DNA from: Zootoca vivipara
Taxonomy: Eukaryota
DNA length: 64,000 nucleotides
Direction: 5' to 3'
Assembly (NCBI RefSeq): GCF_963506605.1
Contig: NC_083292.1
Coordinates: 41,974,001-42,038,000 of the forward strand
Both the position numbers and the translations under genes were made by a program. How positions within the stretch are numbered: position 1 is the stretch's first letter; each line of letters begins with the position of its first letter. A model generated the notes under the pieces. That model was not told where the DNA came from. It ran no database searches and worked only from the letters and a program-made list of their open reading frames with translations. Of the stretch, positions 49,302 to 62,362 are shown piece by piece.

Positions 49302-50892
49302 ATCAGGGACACCGGGAGGGAGGAGGCACCCTGCTCTTCCAATCCCATCTGTTCACCAACCCAGGAGGGTGCGGCACACCATCTCGGCCATGCTCCAGCT
49401 TTCAACAACCAGCCCATGGTTGCTGCAATGTTGACAGGGAAGGGGCCTGCTGGGAGGGAGCCCAGCATCAAATGCCTGCGTTGCCCCACACTCCTGATGT
49501 GCCAAGAGGGAGGGCTCCCCTTGTGGGCGGGTGACAGCTCTCTCTCTGCCTGGGGCTTGGCGTTTTGATCAGATGGCTTCCAGCAGAGGCAAGCATTTGG
49601 GCCTTCTTAAAAAAAATGCTTTGTATGTATGTTTGATTGGGGGGAGAGGGAGATTTACTTCCCAACTATTTCTGACCTACTTGGGGAACAGAACTCCACC
49701 CCGCCATGCCAGCATCCCCCCCCCCACTACCCATTCCTTCCTCCAGGAATTCGTTACCAAAAAAGGTCCCTGGTCACTTTTTAATAATGTGCATAGTGCT
49801 AATGACATCTATACAAGGAAAGAAATGAAACATCTGTGTCTTCCTACTTCGCTGCTTTATGTTTTTGCTGAATATGGTTCAAGTTAAAAGGCCAAGCAGA
49901 TAAACGACTGCTTCACAAAGTGGTTTGTGAGTGAGTGATTCCCAAGGATTCAGATGTCACCTCTTTCTAGGATTTCATGAAGGGACTGTAAATAAGTTCT
50001 CTCCTCTATCTCTCTCAGCACCTATAATCTCCCACCCAAACAGTCTGCACTGTGGAAAAAGTTATATCGGCCCACCTTGCAGAGATGCTGCCACGATGGT
50101 TCAGTGGCCACCCTGTAGTGTAACTAGTTCAGCATAGAAAGCTGCCATTGGGGTTCATCTAGCTCAGTGTTGCCTGCATTGACTGGCAGCAGTGGCCTGC
50201 CAAGGTTTCAGATGAGAAGACTTTCCCACCGCCACCTGGAGATGCCGTCAGTGGAGACCTTCTGCATGCTACTGAGCCCAGGTGGTCCTTCCCAAGCCAA
50301 GCGACATGTTGCTGCCCCACCACCATGCTGCACAGGTGGGAGAGGCAGAGAGGGCCATGAGCCCAGCAGGGCAAAGTATCTGGCTCTGTCCTCTTCCCAG
50401 AGTAGAAGCAGAGGTCAACGCGAGATAAACCTCAAAGGGAGGTAAAAATCATTCCGGAGGCTGCAGTGGGCAGAGTTGGCCAGCAGGGGGCACCCCAATG
50501 CAAGGACTGAGACCATAGGGAGGGAGGTCAGGAGGTCCAGTGTTCAGAGTTCAGGGTGGCCTTTGTGGGGTGGGGTAAAAAGGGTCCTCTTGTGGTCAGC
50601 AGAGGGTGCTCCAGTATATAAGGACTTTGGTCTTCTAGATATTCACACACACACTCTTGTACTCATGGGTTTGCGTGGTGGAGAGAATTGTAAAAAGTAT
50701 TACCTACATGGTGAATTGTTTCTGTTAATTATGCAGCTGTCACTGTTTGTAATGCCCTGTGTTTCATTTCCTCTGACCCCACTGTTTACAATTACGCCAC
50801 CACTTTGATGCTGCTTTGTTTGATATATTTTGTATGTCTTAAATTTTCGTATGCCACTTGTGACTTTACTAGACAGCTGACGGTTTTGCATA

Positions 50893-50975
50893 AGGCCTCC
50901 ATGGCCCACAAAAGTTTATTATGCCATAATAAATTTGTTAGTCTTTAAGGTGCCGCAAGATTCTTCTGTTCCTTT
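50893..50975 (+). mobile_element. Degenerate Penelope-like terminal fragment
   Basis: ...TATGCCATAATAAATTTGTTAGTCTTTAAGGTGCCGCAAGA, the same terminus type as 7200-7240. Confidence 0.6.
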
Positions 50976-52106
50976 TGCTTTGGGGCAGAGGGCCTCCTCC
51001 TCTTCCTCTTTGGCAAGCGATTGCACCTCCTCTCCCGCCTGCTGCTCTGGAGCCTCTTCTTCTCAAGCTGCCTTTGCCACCATCCTGGTGTGTGACTCTG
51101 GCCCAAGGCTTGTGTTTTGAGCTGACCTGCCTGCTTGTATTTGTGGAAGGACCCTCTGGAGCAGGGCGGGGGAAGAGACCTGCTTGCAATATTGCACATG
51201 GTCAAGACGACTCTGTGCATGCGCCTACCAGGAGGCCTCTGGCGAGAGCAGACCTAACCGACCGACCTCCATCAGTTCTTGCACATCTTGTGCCCCAACT
51301 GAGCACGAAGGCCAGGGAGAGAGGGAGCATGCGCGTCGTGCAATATATAGATGCACATAGTTTTAAAGAGCACAAGTCATCACAGATGCAACACTGACTT
51401 CAAGGCAGGACTGACCTTTGGGGATGGAGGATTTTTGTGTGGCCTGTTTTTTTTTAAAAAAATATTTTTTTATTGTTTTTCTAACATACACATAACCGTA
51501 CATTTATAAAATGCAAATTAATCCAAATAACATACATAAACCATTACTAAACAAATGTTCTCATACTCCCATTCCCCCTACCTTAATACCCAATTTTGGT
51601 TCTGCCGAACCCAACTTCCCTTTCACTTCACATTTAGTTTTACAATTTATCTCTTACATTTTGCGCTTTTCTTTTACCTTATTTTCAACAGTCACCTTCT
51701 TTATCCATTTTTTATACTTAACACTCTATTTCCTGTTGTAGGTATTATTTCAGACCTGTTAGTGTCTTTAGAGTCTTGCAATACTTTCCAGATATTCCAC
51801 AAATGTGTGGCCTGTTTATTGTTTCAGCTTTGGCTGCTGTAGATTTTGGCAAAGGCTGTCTGGGGATTAAAGTGTTTGTACGATCTGTCAAGTTGTGCCT
51901 GATTGATTATTATCTGCTCTGTGGCTCATTACTTAGCCAATTGCTTGGATACTTCACAGGCAACCTGTTTTACCAGGGGTGAACTGTTTGAAATCGTTAC
52001 CTAAAGTCCTTAATTGAGCAAGTTGAAAAGGCTGGCTTTTGTAAAGCCACAGTGAGACATGGAGCGACTAAACAGCCACCCAATTACTAGCATGGCAGTT
52101 GCAGCC

Positions 52107-52152
<46 letters not shown>

Positions 52153-52290
52153 TTTTTATACCCCGTCCTGCCTGGCTAGTGCCGGGCTCAGGGCGGCTAA
52201 CACCAAACATAAATTACAATAAAATGTAATAGAAAAAACAAAAAACCCAGTTAGTTAAAATACAGCTTAAAACACAGCCTCATTTTAGTA

Positions 52291-52639
52291 AGGTGGCTCC
52301 AGTCACCTTACTAGGTCCAGTCGTGACCGACTCTGGGGTTGCGGTGCTCATCTCGCATTATTGGCCGAGGGAGCTGGTGTACAGCTTCCAGGTCATGTGG
52401 CCAGCATGACAAAGCCGCTTCTGGCAAACCAGAGCAGCACACGGAAACGCCATTTACCTTCCCGCTTTAGCGGTACCTATTTATCTACTTGCACTTTGAG
52501 GTGCTTTTGAACTGCTAGGTGGGCAGGAGCTGGGACCGAGCAACGGGAGCTCACCGCGTCGCGGGGATTCAAACCGCCGACCTTCCGATTGGCAAGCCCT
52601 ATGCTCTGTGTGGTTTAACCCACAGTGCCACCTGCTTCC
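52291..52639 (-). mobile_element. Sauria SINE, apparently full length, nested in an L2-like 3' tail (~52107-52680)
   Basis: Minus strand begins GGGAAGCAGGTGGCACTGTGGGTTAAACC...GGTTTGAATCCCC (tRNA-like head); body GGTCATGTGGCCAGCATGAC, TACCTATTTATCTACT; 13-bp TSD CCTCATTTTAGTA at 52278 and 52640. Confidence 0.9.
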
Positions 52640-55107
52640 CCTCATTTTAGTAGCAGCCCATAAATCAAGACCATAAAGGGGCACTTCCGGTTCGCTGTGG
52701 AGGAATGGCGGCACGCTCCGTGTCGTTTATGTAAAAAGGACGACACGGTTTAGGCTTAGGGGGCAGCAAGGTTGGTTGGAGAAGAAGAGAGAGGTCCCTG
52801 TTCTTGGAACAAATCTTAGCTTCCCTGTTATAGCTCCATCTGTGAAATGGGTACTTTCTTCTGCTCTGTGCTCTAGATAAAAGAAGAAGGAAATATCCCC
52901 TCTGTAAATGTTCAATAAGGAACGTACGAAGCTGCCTTCTACTGAATTGGAGGAATGGTCCGTCTAGCTCACCCTTGTCTACACTTGCTGGCAGCAGTGG
53001 CTTTCAGGCAGGGAATTTTCCACTTGGAGATGGTGCCAGTGGGGACGGAGCCTGGGCTCTGCATGCCAAGCAACTGCTCTGCCCCTGAGCTTCCACCCTT
53101 CCTTCCCAAACAGGAAGAGCTCCTGCCAGTTAGTGCAGTTGATATTCTGCCCTGTGGACCAACGATCTGTCTCGGGATGAGGCAGCTTCTTGTGGTCCCA
53201 GCTGGAGTGGCCCACCTCCCAGTTTCCTGCCCTGATTTCCCCTCTGTTCCTCTTTCATTGGCTCTACTTTTGAACTCAGCTCTTCTCACCATCTCCTCTG
53301 CATCCCGTTCCTGCAAAGAGGGGCTTTCCCTGCCCCCACCCCCTCCTGATTGCCCCTCACTTTCTCTCCCTCCAGTGGCTGCTCCTCACTCCTTTCCTTA
53401 TTTCCCAAACAAGAAAGGGAAGCCAGTTCCTCCGTCCAACCTCATCTTGCTCCAGTTGTCAGGCTAAATATTTTGAAGTAACAACCAAAAACAAACTGTT
53501 GGAACTGGCCCAGTTCTGGCTCTCCAGCCCTCGAGCAAGAGGCAGGCTGCTTCTCTCCCCGCACCCCCCAGCCACACACAACCACAACGGGCAAGCAGTG
53601 TTTGTGTGCAAAAAGTCCTGTGTTGCCTGTGCAAGAAAGAGAGACTGGCTCCACCCCTGAGCTGCCCTGGCTGGGGATGTTTCCACTCTCCCTCCTTTCT
53701 CGGTGCCCAGGTGCGGGAGTCCCAAGGGTGCCAGAGGCTTCTAGGCAGTAGGATGGAGAGCAGCCGCTGCCACCACCGGGAGAGACCAGCCAGAGCCCAG
53801 GGGCTGCTGCTCACCCCTCTGCACTGGACCTGACCCTCTGTGGTGAGAGGGGGGCTCTCTACCCCCCTCCATGAAAGAGAAACCCCGGCCTCTTGTGATT
53901 GAGAGTGGAGCCCAGCCAACGTTTCCACCTCCCCAGTGTTGCCCCCTCCTCTCCTCCTTTGCCCTCGAGAACTGGGTTGTTCATGGACCATGGAGTGGAA
54001 GGTGAAAGGAAGGAGCCCCACTTTCGCCTTCTGGCATGCCAAGGAAGCCCTGCTCATCCTTTGCCTCTTCTGGCTGGCTTCGCCTGAACCTGTTGCAGCA
54101 GAAAGTAAGTGCCTCCTGAGCTGGGCAGCTGCTGGGTTGCTGGGGGGTGCAGAAGTGCTTTGCCGGGGGGGGGAGTGGTGTCTAGGTGGTGAAGGCTGCT
54201 TTGCTGCAGACTCAACTCTCCCCCCCTCCTCCTCAAAGTCATCAGCCCAGGTAGGAAGAAGCGTCTGACTTGCTCACCTCACCAAGCACCCTGTAAACTG
54301 GCCCAGAGCAGAGTTTGTATATCTCAAAGTCTGCTCTCAAGACAAACACCCACAGTACACTTCCATGCAGGACTATGGAAGATAAATGTAGGGTGGTGAG
54401 GGGTGGTTTTTCTCAGAATGTCTATTATGGGCAGCTGGGTGATTGCTGGGGGTGCTGAGATGAGCCCCCAGGGCTGACTGGGTTCCACATTTGATGAGCT
54501 TGTCTGAGGGGGGAAAGAGCTTCTCTTTGGAGAGTGTTAATTATTGTAATAAAGGATCTCACTGGGCAAAAGCTCCTGGTATTTAACCCATCAGTTGTCC
54601 TGATCCGCTTATTAAGAATGATGTAAGGTAGGAAAACTCTTGATTGACAAACTAATTGCATCTAGAATTAAAACTCCGCAAAAAACGAGAGCAGCTATGA
54701 AGCCCCCTGCTGGTGATGAAATTGGCTCTCTGGATAAGATTTAAGAGAGGAAGAAGATGTTTGACTCATGTTGTCTTGAGTGTGTTCATATTTCTGCGTG
54801 TTTTGTTTTTAAACAGATGATTTGGCCAAAGGAGAGTCTCATTTACTGATGTGTTTATCGTGTGTTAGCTGCTAGAAGGGAGAATTACTTTGTGTGTTTG
54901 TTTTATTGGTCTTTGCTGAGCATAAGTATTTATTTTTTCCTTTGGGGAAATTCAATACAAAGTCTGCATCTGTACTGGAATTGTTTTAAATATATATTTT
55001 TAGATGTGCTAAAACAATAAACTGTTTGCTTGTTGCTTGCTGCCCTGGGCTCCTTGGGAAGAAAGGGTGGGTGGGTGAATGAATGAATGAATGAATGAAT
55101 GAATAAC

Positions 55108-55220
55108 TTTGGGCACCTTAGAGACTTAACACATTTACTATGGCCTAAGCTTTCATGGACAACAGTCTACTTTGTCTGATGTGAGTGGACTGTAATCCAC
55201 AAATGCACTTATGCCAGACT
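55108..55220. mobile_element. Two back-to-back degenerate Penelope terminal/hammerhead remnants
   Basis: GCACCTTAGAGACTTAAC...AAGCTTTCATGGAC (minus copy) fused to CTGATGTGAGTGGACTGTAATCCAC...TTATGCC (plus copy); core boxes mutated. Confidence 0.5.
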
Positions 55221-57347
55221 TTGACAACCTAGTCACACAGTTAGTTAGTTAGTTATTGTTATGGTTCTCGACCAGCATAATAGTCACGCAGTATTTCTCT
55301 AACTTGGGTCTCCAGCTGTTGTTGGACTACAACCCTTGGCTTCTCCCTACCTGTGCTGTGGGGATAAAGTGAGGACAGCAGGTGTGTGAGGGAACAGGCA
55401 CAAAAGTATCTTGTGTAAACTGGCCGGATTTATAGGCCAGGCACACAAAAGTAACTTTCTCTGTTGGCAAACAGAGCAGAACCAAAACACAGAGGTTGTT
55501 GCAAAGCAGGTTGTGTTTGGCTCAACTGAGGGAAGAATTTGCCCCACATAAGAGGGGAAATGACCCCTCAACCCCCAGCCCATTGAGTTAGGAGCAAATG
55601 GTTGGAGGAATAGATGGTCTGATGCTAGTAAGTGGCAGTAGGGGTCCCTGGAAATGGGCAATTGTGGGGATTTAACAAGACCCCCAGCAGCAGAGCCAGC
55701 AGTGGGCAGGGAGGGATCCCGGGGCATTGCTGCTGTAAGCAGAATGGCAGAAACCAGGTTGTGTGGCTCTTAAGCCCCCCAGGACTGTCAAGTTTCACAG
55801 AGCTGCCAACTGGAAACTTACCTTGCTCTTCCCAGCCCTGCTTGAGTTGACTGGTGTATAAAGAGGTCAACCCAAGCCACTCTTCCCACTTGTGTTCCCC
55901 AGAAACTGGTATTATTCAAAGACAATTGCTCCCTCTGGCAATGAAGGCAGCACACAGCCATCATGCCTAGCCTTCCTGAATATGTATAATCCTCTTTTAC
56001 AGCTGTTGTTGGCCATAACGTCCTCTTGTTGGAGAGAGTTCTATGGTTTAACTGTGCTCTATGCAAAGAAGTCCTTCTTTTTGTCAAACCTGAATTTTCC
56101 AATATTCAGTTTCATTGGGTGTTCACAAGTTAAAGATTCCCTGCCTGAAACCCTGGGTAGCTGCTGCTGGCCAGGGTAGATATTGCTGTATTAAATGGAC
56201 CCTAGTGATCTGACCAGGGACAGATTTAGGTTTGATGAGTCCCTAAGCCTCATCAAACCTAAACATAAGGTAATGGGGCTCTTTATATGTCCAGCTGTCC
56301 TTTGTCAACAACAAATTGTTGCTGTTTTTTGTGTTGAATATACAGTATGCTACCAGTATATGCTCATTTATGGACCTAATAAGTATCTAAAGCCATTTGC
56401 ACATGCAGAATGTAGGCACCCTATATATAGAAAGGAGCAGACTAGTGATGTTTGAGGGAGCAGGCGGGGCCCATGACTTACATCATAGGAGCCTACACAA
56501 CACAAAATACTGTTCCTGTATGTAGGTTTTATTCTATTTGTTTTTATCTTATATTTTGGAAATGTGCATCCAGTTTTTTTCCTTTAAATTTTTTTTGGGC
56601 CCCCAAGAGAGTGGGGCCCTAAGCTATAGCTTGTTTAGCTTACGGTACATAAATTGCCACTGGGTCTGACTTGTTGTAAGGCAGCTTCCTCTGTTCCTAG
56701 ATACTGCTGCCTGAGAGAGCCTTTTGTGGGGAGAAGGCGCTTCTTATGCCCCTTTGCTGGATTCCAGAGGCATAAAGGGCTGTGGGGAGGGGAGGGGAGT
56801 CACAGGAGGCCTGGGTGGCAACTCTCTAGGCAGCAACAGGAGAGCCCTAGACCAGAGATGAGTCTTTGTCGGTTGGGGGGGGGCAGCTTCCAGCTAACTC
56901 CAGGTGGGAAAGGCAGGAACAGAGACATGGAAGAGGAGGCTGACCCTCACCCGAATGGGGCCAGGTTGCCAGGAGGATCACCGTAGAGTCCAGCCAGCAT
57001 CTGGCCACCAGGCTGCCCAGGCGGCCTCCCTTTGTGAACATGGTTCTGATTTTGCCTTGGCAAGCTCAAAGCAGCTCATGCCCCAAGCACCACAATTTTA
57101 GCCAAAGAGAAGCCCTGTCCCCACCAGCCTACTGGGATGGTGGTGTTTAACTGGGTAAGCTGGCTGAAAACCTTGCCGTATGCACAGGACTGGCCCTACC
57201 ACTAGGCAGAGCGAGGCAGCAGGTGCTGAGGTGTTGGGAGGGCAAAGCTGTGGACTCTGTAGCTGGTCAATCAGCAGAATGATAGTTTATCAGATCATAG
57301 GCACCCCTGTATAGGGAGAAGGTTGCCTAGTTCACTACTGTCTACAC

Positions 57348-57598
57348 CAGGGGTCAGCAAACTTTTTCAGCAGGGGGCCGGTCCACTGTCCCTCAGACCT
57401 TGTGTGGGGCCGGACTATATTTTGAAAAAAATATATGAACCAATTCCTATGCCTCACAAATAACCCAGAGATGCATTTTCAATAAAAGGACACATTTTAC
57501 TCATGTAAAAACATGCTGATTCCCGGACCGTCCGCGGGCCGGATTTAGAAGGTGATTGGGCCACATCCAGCCTCCGGGCCTTAGTTTGGGGACCCCTG
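57348..57598. mobile_element. hAT MITE family A, copy 3 (opposite orientation)
   Basis: Reverse complement of the family A body, 8-bp TSD GTCTACAC. Confidence 0.9.
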
Positions 57599-60196
57599 GT
57601 CTACACTTCATGGCCGTGGCTTTCCAGGGTTTCACACTCAGGGTCCTCTCTCAGCCCTACCTGGCAATGCCAGAGGGAATCGGACCTGGGACCTTCTGCA
57701 TGCCAAGCAGCTGTTCTGCCGGTAAGCTGCAACCTTTATAGTTCCTGCTTACTCATGGCATCTATCACTCATGAAAACCCACATTACTGTAATTTCATTG
57801 TACACAGGTTGTACAATGACAATAAAGGTATTATTATTATTATCTGAAGAGAGGTGATTGTGGCTTCTAGTCCATTGTGCCAAGCAAGTGCCTCTGCTCT
57901 AGGTGGGAGCTTGCCTTTCCAGCCAGAGTCCCAACTGGCGCTTGGTGGTTTCTGAGGGCAGCCAGGCTCCCCTTTGCTCCCTTTCCCTTTGTGCCTCCCA
58001 AGAGCACCAGGCTGATCCTCTCTTGCTGCCAGGTGGAGTGTTTGGGGTTTGAAGTTTGCGTTGGCAGAATTTAGCCCCGGTGTTTATAGTAAATGTCCGT
58101 TTGGACTGAAGCGTTGCTCTAGAGGTGATCACTTGGCTTCAGGTTTCACATACACACACCATGAGAGAAGAGCACCAGCGCAGCCAGGCCAAGACAGGGG
58201 TCCATTTGTAGCCACGGGGGGGGGGCGGACGAGGGAGGGGGGGGATGACTTCTGAGCAGGTTTTCTTTTTCTGCACGTTCCTGGGGAAGCCTTTTACACA
58301 AAGGTGGTGGTGAGCAGGGCTTTTTGTCAGCCGCAACTCTGTTCTGGCCCCTCTCAGGTGGGCGCCATTTGCCATTCTAAGAGAATGAGAGGGGGGCTCC
58401 TGATAAGTTCTGGCACCTCTTTTTTCTAGGAAAATAGCACCGGTGGTGCCTATTGGGGAGGGGACAGCATCCTTTGCCCACCACCACTACCACCTGGGGC
58501 AGATGATTTGCAGCCCGTCCTGAGGCCTTGCTGACTTGCTCAGTTGAGGGCCAAGAGCGCCTCAAGCCCCTATGTCTGCCAGGTGGGCCAGAGGAGGAGC
58601 CTTGGGGCAGGTAGCTCTTTCCAAATGGTGTGTCACCTCCCAAGCACCACCCTTCCCTTGCCATTTTAACAAGCAAAGCTGGAGGATCTGTCCCCAGTTC
58701 TCCTCACAGCCCACCCCAGTGAGTGTTTTGTCATACTTAGCAAACACTGAGATATCAAAATACTGTGAGCAAATATTTCCCGTGGCTATTTAGACCTTCC
58801 GGAACAGAAACGGAACTGTTTAAACAGGTGATCAAACAGGGCTTTTTCCCCTGGACATGATGCCTGAGCGCAGCGCCTTCTCCACATCTCTGGGCTGCTC
58901 CTCTTGTGCCTTTGCTGAGCATTGTAAGGCTGCTTGCCTTTCTCCATGTACCACAAAGGTACCATTAGCAGGAGAAAGAAAGCAGCAAGTTTGGGTAGGC
59001 GCCAAATTCTCCTTTTGTGAAAGATGGAGGCTGAGCACTTGGGAAGCTGCACCTCCACCGCTAGGAAGCCAGGCTGCTTTTGGGACCATTAGTTTTCCAG
59101 TAGTCGTATGGACAGCTAAGCAGTTGGGGAGCTTTTTAGGGAGAGTTCAAAGAGCCACCAGTTCAAATGCTTGGCAGCAGAGCACATGATTTGCAAAAGA
59201 GGTCCCAGGTTCAATCCCTGCCTCCTGTTTCTGAACCCCTGTGGAGCAGCTGCTGGTCAGTGCAGACAATGTTAAGCAAATAGATCTTGGTAAAAAGCAA
59301 CATTTTATGTTTCTATTTAAATTGAAACTTTGAGGGCTGTCATCTTGCTTTATTTTTAGTGGACGGCTGTGGTCGGTGGTACAGAGTCCAGGCTTTGCAC
59401 GCAGAAGGTCCCTGGTTTAATTTGTGGAAGGAGACTTACAGGGTGGTGGGAAATCCTCTGAACGGCCTCACTGGGGCAAGGTCTACTGTACTGGGAAGAG
59501 TTGCTGTGATCTCTAGGCCTGCTCTGTTTCAGTTTCTTTGCATAAAGACTTAACTTCACTCACACCAGGTTGCTGACCTGCGAGTCCTGACTCTGGGGCC
59601 TGACTTTAGCCTACGACTATGAGCTGATGCTAACTGCATACAGCTGCTGTTGGAGGGGCAGGGAGTATATACAGTGATATCCTATTTAAATATTTTTTAA
59701 AAATCCCATTTTCCAGCCCCAAAAGGGCCCAGAGCATCTCGCAGATCTCTACCATCTAAAAAGGTGCGACACCAAAGGAAAGTGGTTGGGAAGGGAGGAG
59801 GATGTAACAAACCCAAGGGCCAGTTCTTCTATAAAGTGGATCAACACAAGCTCTTGGAGCCTCCTTCTGGACATGGCTGTGGCAGCTGCCATGATGAAAT
59901 TTACCACTGGTGGGAAGCAGACGGCTGTGTCTCTTTGCTTTGCTGTTCATGTTGCCCAGGAGGAGGTAATGAAAATGACCTCTGAGGGCCTGCCCCCCCA
60001 CCAAGTAAATACTGGCATCCAGGGACAGAGATTAGAGCTGGGCTGATGCCAGGCCTCATTCTGAGCCCCGGCAGGCACCCTTCCTCTCTTCCTTCCTTAT
60101 CTGCCTTTCTCTGGGGAGAGACTGGGACTGGCCTCTCGGCCAACACCAGGGAGCCTGGCTGCTGCTGCTGCCAGATCCGGCCCACGGCCCTGAAAG

Positions 60197-60686
60197 CAGG
60201 GGTGTAGCCAGGATCAAAATTAGGGGGGCAGGGGGGGCCAAGGCACGGGGGGAGGGGCCACAGTGGGGCAAGGGGGCGCCAGGATCAGCCTGAAATCGGG
60301 CTGCTCCAACCCCCTCCTCCCCCTCCGTGATCGGCAGGGGCGAGGGGGCGCCAGGATCAGCCCAAAATTGGGCTGTTCCGATCCCCTCCTCCCCCTCCCC
60401 CTGCCCCACAGCCAGCAAGGGAGAAGGGAGACGTCCCTTCTAGCCGGCTGGCTGTGGTGCGGGTGGAGGGAAAGCCCCAGAGCCGCACAAAGCGTTTGGC
60501 TGGCTTTGGAGGGAAAGCCAGCCAAACGCTTTGCGCGGCTCTGGGGCTTTCCCTCCACCCGCCCCACAGCCAGCCAGGGAGAAGGGAGACGGCACTGGGC
60601 AGTGGCGGGCAGCGGGGCAGGCTGGCCAGCGGCCCTGCTTCTGGGGGGGGCAACTGCCCCCTCCTGCCCCCCTGCCTACGCCCATG
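60197..60686. mobile_element. GC-rich MITE (Harbinger-like termini) with internal 62-bp inverted repeat
   Basis: Termini CAGGGGTGTAGCCAGG / CCTGCCTACGCCCATG; internal ~70-bp direct repeats and palindrome 60446-60575. Confidence 0.65.
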
Positions 60687-61099
60687 CTTGAAAGGCAGCC
60701 ACCACTGCCATGGGCCCGAAGGCTGCTGCAGAGGACAGGAGCAGGTGTGCATTTGCAGCAGATCCACAGTGTGCAGCCTGGCCGACAAGAGGCAAGCCAG
60801 GATTCCCACATGGCCCACCTCTGCCTGTGCAGAGCGCCAAGGGGAGTGGATGGCAAACCTCAGAGTGAAAGGTGTAGGTGAAAAAGGCCCGCGTGGGAAA
60901 GCTTCAAGTGGCCATCTCCAGCATCCCTGCACCGTGTCATAAACATGCACATTGCACACCACTTTGGTACCTGAGCCTCCTGTTTGTAGCTGGTTCTTTC
61001 CAACTTCCCAACAACTCTGCGAAGAAGGCCAGGATGAGGGATTGTGACAGTCTCGTGGTCTAAGAAAGGTTGAAAGAAAGATCAAGATCAAAGGAATGC

Positions 61100-61140
<41 letters not shown>

Positions 61141-61425
61141 AATGCATGTTTATTATGGGTTGGTTATGTGAGAGTTTTGCACAGAAGAGCTTGAAACCAT
61201 GTTGAACTGTAGTGAATTTAACTTTTTTTTGTCGGGGGAGGGATGTCTTCTGGGTAAAGGAAGGGAGGAATTTCAAATGAATGCAAAAGTGGGGGGTAGG
61301 GGTGGGTTTAAATTAATAACTTGACAGACTGCTTTTTGAGTGAGAAATTCTTCACAAAGTAAGACTTCTTTATATATGTCTAAAAAAACCTTCTTAAACA
61401 CCCAAAATTCATAATAAATCACTTC

Positions 61426-61463
61426 GTATCTGAAGAAGTGTGCATGCACACGAAAGCTCATAC
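61426..61463 (+). ncRNA. Minimal type-I hammerhead ribozyme motif (copy 2) in an 80-bp Penelope terminal fragment (61426-61505)
   Basis: 61426-61505 is identical to 7160-7239. Confidence 0.75.
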
Positions 61464-61638
61464 CAAAATAAAAACTTAGTTGGTCTTTAAGGTGCTACTG
61501 AAGGAATTTTTTTATTTCACTTTATGAAGACCCAGTGCATTTCAGAGAAACTGCTTCAACTGTCAGGCATCACTGGGATCAGAATGTGTACAATACTTAA
61601 ATAAAAGCACCACTTGATTTTTAAAATATAACCTCCCC

Positions 61639-61850
61639 CCAGTGGCGGAGCTTCATGCTCCGGCACTGGGGGCGGAGAGCAGATGGGGGCGGGGCTGGCA
61701 TGCGTTCCGGGGGCGGAGCACCTCTGCCTGCAGGGGCGTGGCATGTGTTCTGGGAGTGGGGACAGCCGCGATGGCACCCTACTGGGATCACACTGCCCGG
61801 GGCGGCACGCTCCCATCGCCCCCCTCTTCCTACGCGCCTGCCTCCCCCCA
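61639..61850. mobile_element. GC-rich MITE fragment; related inverted copy at ~48620-48785
   Basis: TGGCGGAGCTTCATGC here versus GCATGAAGCTCCGCCA at ~48768; shared GGGGCGTGGCA.ATGTT motif. Confidence 0.55.
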
Positions 61851-62362
61851 CCTCTTAACAGTTTACAACAATATAAAGCATTAATAATAACAATATTGTA
61901 TATGTAAAAACGGGGAAAAACATTTAATCATTTACAAAATGATTAAATGAGAAAATTAAGAAAGATTTCCAATACTTTAAAACATGCAAGAAGTTAAAAT
62001 ACTAAAACAGATAAAACCTTCACACCAGCATTTCTGAGCATCTGGTAGGCTTGTCTAAGCAATTTTTCAGCAGGAGCCAAAAGGGTTCCAGCAAAGACAC
62101 CTTCTTGATCTCAATAGGCAGGGAGTTCCAAAGTGTTGGGGCCACCCTAAATGACCCGGTTCATTTATTTATTCATATTAAATTTGTATACTGCCCTTCC
62201 TCCGTAGTTCTCAGGGTGGTTCACAGTATAAAAATACAAGACAAAAACACAAAATAGATAATAAAAACAAGAACAAACCAAGAACCTCGTAAATGCAGAA
62301 CGGGTACTGCATGGCACCTGTAGTGGTGCCAGTTCTGCAAGCAAAGCAATTCAGAGGACACG

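Noticed and set aside
55140-55220. Further hammerhead ribozymes
   Set aside because: The CUGANGA or GAAA boxes are mutated in both remnants, so they are unlikely to be catalytic.
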